IMG/VR virus record: IMGVR_UViG_3300032322_001781
Source of the DNA: a virus
Taxonomy: Duplodnaviria; Heunggongvirae; Uroviricota; Caudoviricetes
Length of the DNA: 64,000 nt
Reading direction: 5' to 3' (one strand)
Below the pieces are notes generated by a model that saw nothing but the letters and a program-made list of their open reading frames with translations, was not told where the DNA came from and did no database searches. Positions 50,987 to 59,907 of the stretch are shown one piece after another; the first letter of the stretch is position 1; the number at the start of each line of letters is the position of its first letter. Both the position numbers and the translations under genes were made by a program.

Positions 50987-51703
50987 ATGAATATGACATT
51001 AAAATCTGGGTATGAATGGTGTTTAGAAGCCAATATGCGTATATTAAACATTTCTTCTTGGGATACGAATTGGGATTCTTATGAAGAATCATATTATGAA
51101 GAAAAAATAGATTTAAAAGAATTTTACAGACGTATAGAATTGTGTAAAGTAAAACCTAATTCTATGCCACGTAAAACTGAAATGTATCTTGAATATCGTA
51201 TGTATGGTATGGTAAATTATCAGTTAAGTGGTACAATACACGCTGGTATCCAATTTGGACATGCTGTTGTTGATTATGGTCAAACCGTAAGAGGTATGGG
51301 TACATTGGAAAAAGTATATAATAAATGGGCCAACAAAGATAAAACATTTATTATTCTTAACGGTGGTACAACCAATAACAACCAAGACCGATTGGGTACA
51401 TTGAACAAACACTTATTAGCGTTGCAAGAAGCTAAGATTGTGGTTCAAAGTTTTTGTGAACCAGATTTGGGTGACCAATTAACAGCTGTTGTGTTCCTAG
51501 TAGATGAACGAGTGTTTAACAAAACCCTTTACCCAGATTTCACACCAGAAACACTTCCATGGAGTCGTAATAAACCAAGTGAAAAACAAGTTTCTGAATT
51601 GGAAGCAAAAAATAATGAAAACTATAAGCACTGGGTTGAGAAAATAGGTGGTGAAAAAAATGCGTTCTTGAGAGAATATTTAAAACCTTTAAGATTAGCT
51701 TAA
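50987..51703 (+). CDS. Peptidyl-tRNA hydrolase 2-like protein
   Basis: GIQFGHAV, KTFIILNGG and EPDL..QLTA motifs. Confidence 0.55.
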   Translation: MNMTLKSGYEWCLEANMRILNISSWDTNWDSYEESYYEEKIDLKEFYRRIELCKVKPNSMPRKTEMYLEYRMYGMVNYQLSGTIHAGIQFGHAVVDYGQTVRGMGTLEKVYNKWANKDKTFIILNGGTTNNNQDRLGTLNKHLLALQEAKIVVQSFCEPDLGDQLTAVVFLVDERVFNKTLYPDFTPETLPWSRNKPSEKQVSELEAKNNENYKHWVEKIGGEKNAFLREYLKPLRLA

Positions 51704-52224
51704 TGAATGATAGAATAACTCTGTCTGGTAAGATTGGGTTTGAACCAGATAACAAGACTAAAAAACACGATGCACAGTCATCTTGGAAAAGAATGGCTAT
51801 GGTCTATTTAAATGGCGATATAACAGAATACTACGCTTGGTTTATACAAAAACGTTACAATCTAGTATTGAACAAACCATTGAGAGGTGCCCACATTTCA
51901 TTTATCAACGATAGCATAAAAGACCTCAGTTTAAATGGTACCAAAACCATGGAAGAAATTGATGCAACATGGAATGCGGTAAAAACAAAATGGGATAAAC
52001 AAACAGTCCCAATAACACTTGAGTTGAGCCCTAGAACTGATGATAAACATTGGTGGTTGAGGGTGGCTGATGAAAGTCGTCATGACTTACATGGAATTAG
52101 GGCTGAACTAGGATTGGGTAAACCATTTTGGGGTCTACACATGAGTATTGGGAGGGCTGAACATCGCCATTATGAACACTCACAATATATACATAGTTTA
52201 ATTAAACAAGGTTTTATATTATAA
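51703..52224 (+). CDS. 2H phosphoesterase
   Basis: HISF and HMSI H-x-S motifs. Confidence 0.7.
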   Translation: MNDRITLSGKIGFEPDNKTKKHDAQSSWKRMAMVYLNGDITEYYAWFIQKRYNLVLNKPLRGAHISFINDSIKDLSLNGTKTMEEIDATWNAVKTKWDKQTVPITLELSPRTDDKHWWLRVADESRHDLHGIRAELGLGKPFWGLHMSIGRAEHRHYEHSQYIHSLIKQGFIL

Positions 52225-52281
52225 AAAAAATATTCTTCATTCAAAATATATAGAACATTTATTTAAAGTTAAATTTTTAAC

Positions 52282-53334
52282 ATGACAACAATCCTTTCAA
52301 TTTTTGGTATTGTAGCTTCAAGTATAATATCAATTTGGGCTATATTAAAATTTATTGTATCTCAAAGTTATAGATTAGATGATAATCTTAGTAAAACTCT
52401 AATTAAAAAAATTCAAACTGATGCTACTTTTAAGTTTGAACTAAATAATGAGTTTAGTATAAATAAAAAATATCCAGCGATTTATGAAACATTTTGTTTT
52501 ATTAATGGTTGTTTTTTATTGTTTAGGAGAAATGAAAGGTTATTAAATGCTGGTTGGCAAAGTAAAGATACTATAAGTGAAATATATTTCTTTAGATGGC
52601 AAAAAAACAAATTTTTGAATTATATACAAACTATCTCTAAAGTACAAGATAGTATAAATGTAATGGTTTTGGGTCCTTATGGTTCAGATAAATTAGGTCA
52701 GTTAGAAATAACTGAACCAACAATTAGCATAGATAAACATTTATATGAAGATATTGAAGCTGATATTAAAGATATGTTGGAAAACAATAAATCAAAAACT
52801 GGTTGTTTGCTATACGGTAAACCAGGTACTGGTAAAACAAGACTAGTAAAATATTTTTCTCAAAAATTTTCATTACCTATATATACAATTTATTTGAGTC
52901 CAGATTATAGCAATTTTGATATTCTTATGATGTTTGGCTCTATACCAGAAAAATGTATAGTTCTTTTTGAAGATTTTGACAACTATTTCAATAATAGAGA
53001 ATGCACTTTAAAGAATGAGAATGTAAAATTTACATTTGATGCAATCATTAATGCGTTAGACGGTATATATAATGACTATAAACAAGTTGTATTTATAATG
53101 ACGGCCAATGATATAACTAAAATAGATGATTCGATTAAATTGCGTTCATCTAGATTCAAATTCGTTAGAGAAATCACACCACCATCTTATGAAACAAGAT
53201 TAAATATTCTTGAAGATGAAGAATTAGCCTTAAAAACTGAAGGTATGACCGTGGACAAAATTTATTTTGTCAAATCATTGAAAGATAAATACAACATTGA
53301 CGAAATAATTAAAAAAGCAAATTTAAGTGTTTAA
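52282..53334 (+). CDS. Membrane-anchored AAA+ ATPase (BCS1-like)
   Basis: N-terminal TM, GKPGTGKT, LFEDFD and MTAN motifs. Confidence 0.8.
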   Translation: MTTILSIFGIVASSIISIWAILKFIVSQSYRLDDNLSKTLIKKIQTDATFKFELNNEFSINKKYPAIYETFCFINGCFLLFRRNERLLNAGWQSKDTISEIYFFRWQKNKFLNYIQTISKVQDSINVMVLGPYGSDKLGQLEITEPTISIDKHLYEDIEADIKDMLENNKSKTGCLLYGKPGTGKTRLVKYFSQKFSLPIYTIYLSPDYSNFDILMMFGSIPEKCIVLFEDFDNYFNNRECTLKNENVKFTFDAIINALDGIYNDYKQVVFIMTANDITKIDDSIKLRSSRFKFVREITPPSYETRLNILEDEELALKTEGMTVDKIYFVKSLKDKYNIDEIIKKANLSV

Positions 53335-53388
53335 ATTTGGTAATATAAAATTCTTTTATTACCTTTGCAATCACAAAATAAAAAAGAC

Positions 53389-53784
53389 ATGTTTTTTAGA
53401 CGCAAACATTTAGTAGAATTCGGATATAAAGTCATGGGGCTTGATTTCGGTAGCAATAACACATACAATAACTATGTTAAATATTTTCCAGAGCATAACT
53501 CAATGGTTGTGTTCTCAAGTATTCATAACAATAGGGTTTTGGTTTATCGACTAACCAAACAACAATATGATGATTTCCAAGAAGGAAAGTTTGCGTTGTC
53601 ACATGATGGTAGAGGTTGGGGTTCAACTCCAACTGGTCATCCGATTAAAAATCATGGTATAACAGCCATATTTGCTGGTGGTGAAATAAGCAGACGAAAG
53701 TATCTAAAAGAAATGCTTGATGTAGCTGAAGAAATAGCACAAGGCAAAGAAATAGAATTTGAATTCGTAATTAAAAGAAAATAA
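53389..53784 (+). CDS. Hypothetical protein
   Basis: Likely start MFFRR. Confidence 0.5.
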   Translation: MFFRRKHLVEFGYKVMGLDFGSNNTYNNYVKYFPEHNSMVVFSSIHNNRVLVYRLTKQQYDDFQEGKFALSHDGRGWGSTPTGHPIKNHGITAIFAGGEISRRKYLKEMLDVAEEIAQGKEIEFEFVIKRK

Positions 53785-53785
53785 A

Positions 53786-54793
53786 ATGGGCGGGAAAGCG
53801 TTGAAAGGTGAAAATACAATTACTCGTAGATACGAGAGAGCAGAATTTGACACCATAAGTGTTGAACTTATGAACATGCTAAAGCCAGACTTTAAACGTG
53901 TTGCAATGCCTCTCTTCTATAATAACAAAGAATCATTCGGTGATGCTGATATTCTCCTTTCAATGGAAGGTTTTAATGGCAACATACGTGATTACATCAC
54001 TGATAAGTTCAATCCCAACGAGATATTCCATAATGGAAACTGTTGGTCATTTGATTACAAAGAACTTCAAGTTGACCTTATCACGGTATCAGCTGAAGAC
54101 TTTGACACCAATGAAATGTATTTGTCATACAATGACCTTGGCAATTATATAGGAAAAATAGCCCATGGTTTTGGTTTAAAATATGGGCAAAATTGTTTAA
54201 CCTATGACCATTATTTTAAAGGTGTAAAAATAGGTAGAGTTTTTATTTCACAAGACTTTCCTAGAGTTTTTGAATTTTTAGGGTTGGATTATAATAGATA
54301 TCTTCAGGGATTTGATGAATTAGAGGATATCTTCAAATATATATCTGAATCTAAATATTTTAATTGGGAATTCCTTCAATTAGAAAACAATAATAAAGTT
54401 AATAGAGATAGAGATAAAAAACGAAAATCATATATGTCATTTTTAGAATATATTGAAAATAATTGTAAAGATGATAATCATAGATACCAATACGAAAAAG
54501 ATAAATCTATATATTTTAATAAAATTATTGAATTTTTTCCAGAAAGTAATCTAGAAATGGAAATCAGAAGGATGGAATATGAATATTGTAAATCACTTTA
54601 CATCAAAGCCAAATTCAATGGTGGTGAAGTAATGCGTAGATATGGACTACAAGGCAAGGAGTTGGGTGACGCTATATCTGGGTTTAAAAAAAACATAATG
54701 AGTGTTTTTGGTGAAAAAACGTATGAAGACTACATCATAAACAACGGATTAGAAAAAATATACAGTGATTTTGAAGTTTATTTAAAAAGATAA
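53786..54793 (+). CDS. Pol-beta-like nucleotidyltransferase
   Basis: FGDADIL...QVDLI motif. Confidence 0.65.
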   Translation: MGGKALKGENTITRRYERAEFDTISVELMNMLKPDFKRVAMPLFYNNKESFGDADILLSMEGFNGNIRDYITDKFNPNEIFHNGNCWSFDYKELQVDLITVSAEDFDTNEMYLSYNDLGNYIGKIAHGFGLKYGQNCLTYDHYFKGVKIGRVFISQDFPRVFEFLGLDYNRYLQGFDELEDIFKYISESKYFNWEFLQLENNNKVNRDRDKKRKSYMSFLEYIENNCKDDNHRYQYEKDKSIYFNKIIEFFPESNLEMEIRRMEYEYCKSLYIKAKFNGGEVMRRYGLQGKELGDAISGFKKNIMSVFGEKTYEDYIINNGLEKIYSDFEVYLKR

Positions 54794-54797
54794 AATT

Positions 54798-55301
54798 ATG
54801 AATATAGATGATGCACCAAAAGATTCGATAAGAACAAATTCTGGTTTATACATAAATGTATTTGACACTGACCCAGCTACAATTAAAATAGAAGACATTG
54901 CACATGCTTTGTCTAGGCTTCCTAGATTTGGTGGTCATTTAAATCGTCATTATTCTGTCGCACAACATAGCGTGTTATGTGCTCAAATGGCTAAAACAAA
55001 AAAAGATAAAAAGGCAGCTTTACTACATGATGCCAGCGAATCCTATCTTTTGGATATGCCAACGCCAATCAAAGCCAAAATGAACGAATACAAATCTTAC
55101 GAAAATAAGCTGATGGCAGTTATTTTTAAAAAATATGGATTGGTATGGCCTTTAAACCCAAATATTAAAAAGATTGATAGAAAAATGTTATTGATTGAGT
55201 GGGAAAATCTAGCAGTTAATGATAATAAGTCTTTTGAATGTTGGAAACCTAATAAGGCTAAAAAAGAATTCTTAAAACTATATAAAGAATTGTTTAAATA
55301 G
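54798..55301 (+). CDS. HD-domain phosphohydrolase (YfbR-like)
   Basis: YSVAQHS and LLHDASE motifs. Confidence 0.85.
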   Translation: MNIDDAPKDSIRTNSGLYINVFDTDPATIKIEDIAHALSRLPRFGGHLNRHYSVAQHSVLCAQMAKTKKDKKAALLHDASESYLLDMPTPIKAKMNEYKSYENKLMAVIFKKYGLVWPLNPNIKKIDRKMLLIEWENLAVNDNKSFECWKPNKAKKEFLKLYKELFK

Positions 55302-55325
55302 AACAAGTTCAAAAATGAAATTACA

Positions 55326-55658
55326 TTATTTGTAGAAAGGGTTTTGTTCCAGAAGAAGTTTTACAGTTTTATCAATCCATTTACATCTATCAATAAACCC
55401 TAAAACTTGTTCATCATCTAATGAAAACCATTCATTATTAGCCTCTGTTTTTTTACTAGCAAAGTCTCTATGCAACCATCTTTCTATTTTTTTATAGTTA
55501 TCGGTTTCATAAAAATTTAAAAGACTAATAATATTAGAATTACCAGTTGACAATTGTTTAACTCTTTTTTCAGGGTGATTTTTAGAATGACCTATTTTGT
55601 ATCTTTCATGACCATGTTTATCCACCTCTAATAAAATATATACATAACCCATAAACAA
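55326..55658 (-). CDS. GIY-YIG (T5orf172-like) protein
   Basis: YVYI, YKIG, R..QL.TGN and EWF motifs. Confidence 0.75.
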   Translation of the reverse strand: MFMGYVYILLEVDKHGHERYKIGHSKNHPEKRVKQLSTGNSNIISLLNFYETDNYKKIERWLHRDFASKKTEANNEWFSLDDEQVLGFIDRCKWIDKTVKLLLEQNPFYK

Positions 55659-55688
55659 ATTTAAAGAAAAAGATTACCTTTGTAAAGA

Positions 55689-56432
55689 TTAACTTTCTGA
55701 AATCGCTAAATTTATTAGTTTTATCAGTTGAATCCCTTTAGAACTAATAAAAACATCCTCATGATTATTAAAATTTGCAATAACATTGATGGGACTGTTA
55801 TCAATTCTAATTAATTCATCTTCATGATAAGCTTTTGATAAACGTTTAAAATATTTTGATTTAAAAATAAATTCATTTGGGTTGGTAGTATATTCCAACA
55901 CAAACGCCATTCTCAAATCCTCTTCAATCATTTCTCTTAACAAAATTTTACGTGACTCAGGTGTTTTATAATCATTAAAATCTATATTTGCCGCTACTTC
56001 TGTTAAAATTTCATGATTACCAAAAATTGATGCTGAATCAATATTGGTAGACCAACTTTGAATTTTACTTTTTGCCTTATAAACATAAGGAAAAGGTTTA
56101 TACATATTTATTGGTATTTTTTTATTTATAAAATAACTTGCTGGTAGAGTTAAACCACGATATACTTTAGTTTTTTCTGGTGTTAGAACTTCAGGATATT
56201 GTGCCATACATCCTTTTAATGTTTTAATAGCGTTTATAAAATCTGGTGTTATTTCTTGACCATACATATTATCAGTAAAATCTTCAATGTCTCTTACGTA
56301 TTGGTTTTCCAATCCAGTGTTTTTTTCGACCCCACCCAATTCATCACCAAATAATTCAGAACCAAACTTCCTAACACAAGCCTCTATTTCAGACTCATTT
56401 ATAAGTGTTTTATAAACTTCTAAAATTTTCAT
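55689..56432 (-). CDS. Hypothetical protein with LINE leader (ART-like motifs possible)
   Basis: VYRG and QSWST motifs; minus-strand TATTTATA upstream. Confidence 0.5.
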   Translation of the reverse strand: MKILEVYKTLINESEIEACVRKFGSELFGDELGGVEKNTGLENQYVRDIEDFTDNMYGQEITPDFINAIKTLKGCMAQYPEVLTPEKTKVYRGLTLPASYFINKKIPINMYKPFPYVYKAKSKIQSWSTNIDSASIFGNHEILTEVAANIDFNDYKTPESRKILLREMIEEDLRMAFVLEYTTNPNEFIFKSKYFKRLSKAYHEDELIRIDNSPINVIANFNNHEDVFISSKGIQLIKLINLAISES

Positions 56433-56450
56433 TTGTTTTTTTTATATAAA

Positions 56451-56512
56451 TACTTGACAAATTGAAAAATAATTACTACCTTTGCATAACTTTTAAAAAT
56501 AACTATATATTT
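56451..56512 (+). promoter_or_regulatory. tRNA-operon promoter, copy 2
   Basis: TTGACA at 56454, TACCTTTG at 56477. Confidence 0.8.
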
Positions 56513-56521
56513 AATAGTAAT

Positions 56522-56596
56522 ATGAAAAACTTAAATTTAAACTTAGTCCTTGTGTTATGTTTGCTAGTGGCAGACTGGATGGGCTATGTTTGTTAA
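56522..56596 (+). CDS. Attenuator leader peptide L2, MKNLNLNLVLVLCLLVADWMGYVC
   Basis: 11 of codons 2-16 are L, V or C; antiterminator segment GGATGGGCT at 56577-56585. Confidence 0.85.
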   Translation: MKNLNLNLVLVLCLLVADWMGYVC

Positions 56597-56620
56597 GTAA
56601 GTAATAAACTGAAATAACCG

Positions 56621-56650
56621 AAGCCCATCCGTAAAAAGATGGGCTTTTTG
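56621..56650 (+). terminator. Attenuator terminator T2
   Basis: AAGCCCATC/GATGGGCTT stem plus T-run. Confidence 0.88.
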
Positions 56651-56659
56651 CTTTTATAT

Positions 56660-56746
56660 GCTCATATACCAAAGTGGTTGAATGGGGCGGTCTGCAAAAC
56701 CGCTGGATTGAAAAATCCCACGTAGGTTCGAATCCTACTATGAGCT
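56660..56746 (+). tRNA. tRNA-Cys(GCA), long variable arm
   Basis: ctGCAaa loop, U73. Confidence 0.88.
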
Positions 56747-56764
56747 CACAAACAAATAATAAAA

Positions 56765-57088
56765 ATGAATAAAAACGAAGTAACAAAAGAATTGTATAAA
56801 TCAAAAGCAATGGCTAAGTTTAGTCATTATATTGGTGGTAATTTATATTACATGGTTGAAGTTTTTGGTGAATTGTATCAGTTCCCAATCTCAACAATTG
56901 AGCCCAGACAAATTATGATAGGTGGTATGGATGAAATGGATGGTCCAGCAGATGCTGAATATATTGAAACTATAAAGCTTTCTGAAGATTTAGGTACAAC
57001 TAGGTTTGAAGGTGAAGTTAGAGGTTCAGAATTGAATAGATGGATTGGTAAAGCGATAGATACTAATAATTTTATAAAAATAAATTGA
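56765..57088 (+). CDS. Hypothetical protein
   Basis: 107 aa ORF in the tRNA cluster. Confidence 0.6.
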   Translation: MNKNEVTKELYKSKAMAKFSHYIGGNLYYMVEVFGELYQFPISTIEPRQIMIGGMDEMDGPADAEYIETIKLSEDLGTTRFEGEVRGSELNRWIGKAIDTNNFIKIN

Positions 57089-57089
57089 A

Positions 57090-57311
57090 ATGAAGGAAAT
57101 TAGAAAAGTTGGTATTGAAATAGAGATTGAGGTTCAACCAATAGAAGAATATTTTAAAGAAAATGGGATTGAATCTAATGGTGAGCCATCTAGTAAATTG
57201 GCTTGTTATATTCCATGTATAAATACATCGTTTTCAACAAAACCAGAAAATTTTGAATCTATGGTAAAATCAATATTTTATAGTTTTTTTCAAGAAAAAC
57301 TTAAAAAATGA
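57090..57311 (+). CDS. Hypothetical protein
   Basis: 73 aa ORF. Confidence 0.5.
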   Translation: MKEIRKVGIEIEIEVQPIEEYFKENGIESNGEPSSKLACYIPCINTSFSTKPENFESMVKSIFYSFFQEKLKK

Positions 57312-57316
57312 AATAT

Positions 57317-57388
57317 GGGGGTTGCGTATAATGGTAGTATGCATGGTTTACATCCATGAAGGAAACGGTTCGATTCCGTTAGCCCCTA
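57317..57388 (+). tRNA. tRNA-Val(TAC)
   Basis: CATGG-ttTACat-CCATG arm. Confidence 0.9.
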
Positions 57389-57394
57389 CAACAG

Positions 57395-57465
57395 TGTTCT
57401 AGCATATGATGGTAGTATACTTCTTTGACATGGAAGGTGAAGCAGTTCGATTCTGCTTAGAACAA
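57395..57465 (+). tRNA. tRNA-Val(GAC)
   Basis: CTTCT-ttGACat-GGAAG arm. Confidence 0.85.
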
Positions 57466-57525
57466 CAAAAATAAATTTGGTAATATTAAAAATATATATT
57501 ACCTTTGTTTCGTTCTTTAATATAT

Positions 57526-57611
57526 GGGTGGGTGGCGTAACTGGTAGCCGCACTAGACTTAAAATCTAGGGTCCCGAAAGGGGCGTATGGGTTCGAATCC
57601 CATCCCGCCTA
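57526..57611 (+). tRNA. tRNA-Leu(TAA)
   Basis: Canonical class II tRNA, ctTAAaa loop. Confidence 0.92.
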
Positions 57612-57688
57612 CGCTAATTAAGCTAGTTTATGAACAGCCTATGAGGTGAGATGCTCTCATTATAAGACAGCTCGGAAAGACGAGCAAT

Positions 57689-57794
57689 GGTGAGGTGGTG
57701 AAATTGGTAGACGCAACCTATTAAGGGGTCGGAGGTAATAGCAAAACGTAAGATACGGAATAACTCCATGCAAGTTCAAATCTTGTCCTCACCA
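57689..57794 (+). tRNA. tRNA-Leu-like gene, irregular anticodon loop (TAA or AAG), variable arm of about 40 nt
   Basis: Leu-type D-arm GGTGAAATTGGTAGACGC, intact acceptor and T-arm. Confidence 0.6.
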
Positions 57795-57870
57795 CCTTGT
57801 GCTCAGTAAAGCCTCTTGCGAAAGCAACGTAACTGATGGAAGTATCTCTAATGAGTACGCCTTCCAAAAT

Positions 57871-57968
57871 GGCCAGATGGTGGAATTGGTAGACACAGCG
57901 TAAGTAGGTATTACAGTAAACCGAACTCGCTTCTGTATTTATGTAGGTTCGAGTCCTACTCTGGGCCA
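57871..57968 (+). tRNA. tRNA-Leu-like gene with elongated anticodon arm (CAG at tip?)
   Basis: Leu-type D-arm; AGCG/CGCT stem encloses 27 nt. Confidence 0.55.
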
Positions 57969-58051
57969 CAAAATCTTGCTTTGCAACTGATGAGTGAAAG
58001 ACCTCAAAATTATGCAATGGTAGTTGACTGCTTGGAATAGACAAGCACCAT

Positions 58052-58135
58052 GGGGAAATGATGGAATTGGCAGACATAATCGCCTTAGAAGCGATGGCTG
58101 AAATATGCGTAAGAGTTCGAGTCTCTTTTTCCCTA
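58052..58135 (+). tRNA. tRNA-Leu(TAG)
   Basis: ATCGC-ctTAGaa-GCGAT arm. Confidence 0.9.
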
Positions 58136-58184
58136 CAAATCTTGAGAGTAATTAACTCAAGACTGAACGATTCGAAGCGTTCGA

Positions 58185-58274
58185 TTGGTCATAGTGTAGT
58201 GGGCACACTGGCCCTAGACTCCATATAGAGGGTCGGGGCTGGAGGTTGGTGGTTCGAATCCTACCTTGACTAAC
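58185..58274 (+). tRNA. tRNA-like gene with extended anticodon arm, identity unclear
   Basis: TTGGTCA/TGACTAA acceptor, GCCCT/GGGGC stem enclosing an extra GAC/GTC hairpin, T-loop TTCGAAT. Confidence 0.5.
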
Positions 58275-58278
58275 TAAA

Positions 58279-58363
58279 AAGATGGTTACAGCAAATAACT
58301 TAGGATAAAAATTTGTCTCGAAAACGAATCTAGTGGTTCAAATCCACAAATATACCATCTTGA
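58279..58363 (+). ncRNA. tRNA-mimic RNA of the helix + CAGCAA family
   Basis: AAGATGGT/ACCATCTT helix, TACAGCAA, an anticodon-like arm (ctCGAaa) and T-arm GTGG-TTCAAAT-CCAC. Confidence 0.6.
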
Positions 58364-58367
58364 TTTT

Positions 58368-58449
58368 GGCCCTATGGTGGAACTGGTAGACACGCTTGAC
58401 TCAAAATCAAGTGCCGCAAGGCGTAACGGTTCGAGTCCGTTTATCCCTA
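58368..58449 (+). tRNA. tRNA-Leu(CAA) with mismatched acceptor stem
   Basis: ctCAAaa loop; GGCCCTA vs TATCCCT gives three mismatches. Confidence 0.65.
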
Positions 58450-58454
58450 CAAAT

Positions 58455-58544
58455 GGTTCAGTGGTGCAACTGGTTGAGACACAGCAGATTTAAAATCTGC
58501 TACCCAAGAGGTAAACGTTGTGGGTTCGAATCCCACTTGGACTA
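58455..58544 (+). tRNA. tRNA-Leu(TAA)
   Basis: GCAGA-ttTAAaa-TCTGC arm. Confidence 0.88.
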
Positions 58545-58612
58545 CTTAAGTTCTTTGAAATATTTTTACATGTAGTGTGTACTTTTCACGCGTCTACCTT
58601 ATATTTATAAGT

Positions 58613-59047
58613 ATGAGAACAGATATAATTGAAAGAAAAACAGAAATACTTAATTGGATAAGTGAAAATAAATCTAAAGCTTATATGATTAAAGAATTAG
58701 GTTGTAAACAAGATACACTAAATCAATATTTAAAATTAATGAATATTGATTATAACGGTAATCAAGCTGGTGTTGGTTTACTAAAAAGTAAAGTAGAATT
58801 AGAAGATATAATAACTAACAAAGTTAAGTTCAGTCGTCATCAATTAAAGAAAAGACTATTACATTTAGGTATACTTGAATATAAATGTTGTTGGTGTGAT
58901 AATATTGGTGAATGGAATGGTAAACCGATGTCGTTAGAGTTAGACCACATTAATGGTATCAATGATGATAATCGATTAGAGAATCTTAGAATCCTTTGCC
59001 CAAATTGTCATAGTCAAACACCTACATATAAAAATAAAAATAGATAA
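58613..59047 (+). mobile_element. HNH homing endonuclease
   Basis: CCWC...LELDHING...N...NLRILCPNCH motif; TATTTAT promoter at about 58601. Confidence 0.85.
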
Positions 59048-59048
59048 T

Positions 59049-59135
59049 ACCCTTATAAGCAAACTGGTAAAGCTGGTGGTCTTAGAAGCCATGGCAAACA
59101 TTGATACGTTCTCGGTTCGAGTCCCACTATCCTCA
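59049..59135 (+). pseudogene. Degenerate tRNA-Leu(TAG)
   Basis: GTGGT-ctTAGaa-GCCAT arm, with unpaired acceptor and weak T-stem. Confidence 0.6.
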
Positions 59136-59248
59136 CAAGAAATATTTAAAGCTGATATTGCAATATCATCTTTTTTTATGTATATTTGTGTTATGATAAA
59201 ATTGAAAATTTTATCCATTTTTTATGTATATTTATATGTATATGTGAA

Positions 59249-59455
59249 ATGCTTAAAATAAATAAAATATCAGAATTGATAATTGGTCATGATTATTATT
59301 ATCAAAAAAATAATATCACTGGTATTCTTATTTTTATTAACTTTTCAAATAATTTAGGTTCGTTTAAAATTAAACAATTAAATAGATTAATAGATTTTGA
59401 TATCCTTTGTTTATCAGAAGAATCAATACTAAATCATATTTATAAAAAAGTTTAA
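59249..59455 (+). CDS. Hypothetical protein
   Basis: Likely start MLKINK. Confidence 0.4.
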   Translation: MLKINKISELIIGHDYYYQKNNITGILIFINFSNNLGSFKIKQLNRLIDFDILCLSEESILNHIYKKV

Positions 59456-59516
59456 AATAAATTTGGTAATGTTAAAATTAATACATACCTTTGTCCTATC
59501 AAATTAAAAACAAAAA

Positions 59517-59582
59517 TACTTGACAATTTAAAATTAATTAGTACCTTTGCATAACTTTTAAAAACAACAACATATTTATATT
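59517..59582 (+). promoter_or_regulatory. tRNA-operon promoter, copy 3
   Basis: TTGACA at 59520, TACCTTTG at 59542, then TATTTAT. Confidence 0.8.
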
Positions 59583-59595
59583 AAAAATAAAAACA

Positions 59596-59685
59596 ATGAG
59601 AACTTTTAACAACATATTTGATTTTGCAGCGTTTGCAGCCGAGGAGGATAGACTCTTAGGTAGGTCAGTTATTGTCAAAAGTTAA
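59596..59685 (+). CDS. Attenuator leader peptide L3, MRTFNNIFDFAAFAAEEDRLLGRSVIVKS
   Basis: 12 of codons 2-18 are F, D, A or E; antiterminator segment GGTCAG at 59663-59668. Confidence 0.85.
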   Translation: MRTFNNIFDFAAFAAEEDRLLGRSVIVKS

Positions 59686-59708
59686 CATAAAAAGTTAAAA
59701 CATGATAG

Positions 59709-59738
59709 AAGCCTGACCGTAAAAAGTCAGGCTTTTTT
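59709..59738 (+). terminator. Attenuator terminator T3
   Basis: AAGCCTGAC/GTCAGGCTT stem plus T-run. Confidence 0.88.
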
Positions 59739-59745
59739 CGTTTAT

Positions 59746-59818
59746 GGGGGTATAGCAAAGATGGTCTATGCGGAGGACTGAAAATCCTTAGATGTTGGCT
59801 CGGTACCAACTGCCCTCA
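59746..59818 (+). tRNA. tRNA-Phe(GAA)
   Basis: GAGGA-ctGAAaa-TCCTT arm; CTCGGTA T-loop. Confidence 0.85.
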
Positions 59819-59907
59819 CAGAATAGTTATTTGACGTATTGGCGATTGAAATAGAATTTAAAAAATGTTATTCCATGTCTTTTAATGTTAATATAACGGT
59901 ATGATTT

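Noticed and set aside
5095-55312. Many antisense or nested ORFs in the track (for example 10672, 19672, 20056, 47836, 50342)
   Set aside because: They lie inside well-supported genes and have low-complexity, shadow-frame composition.
57987-58030. Hammerhead ribozyme (CTGATGA core)
   Set aside because: Helix II is followed by AAAA rather than GAAA and helix I does not pair convincingly.
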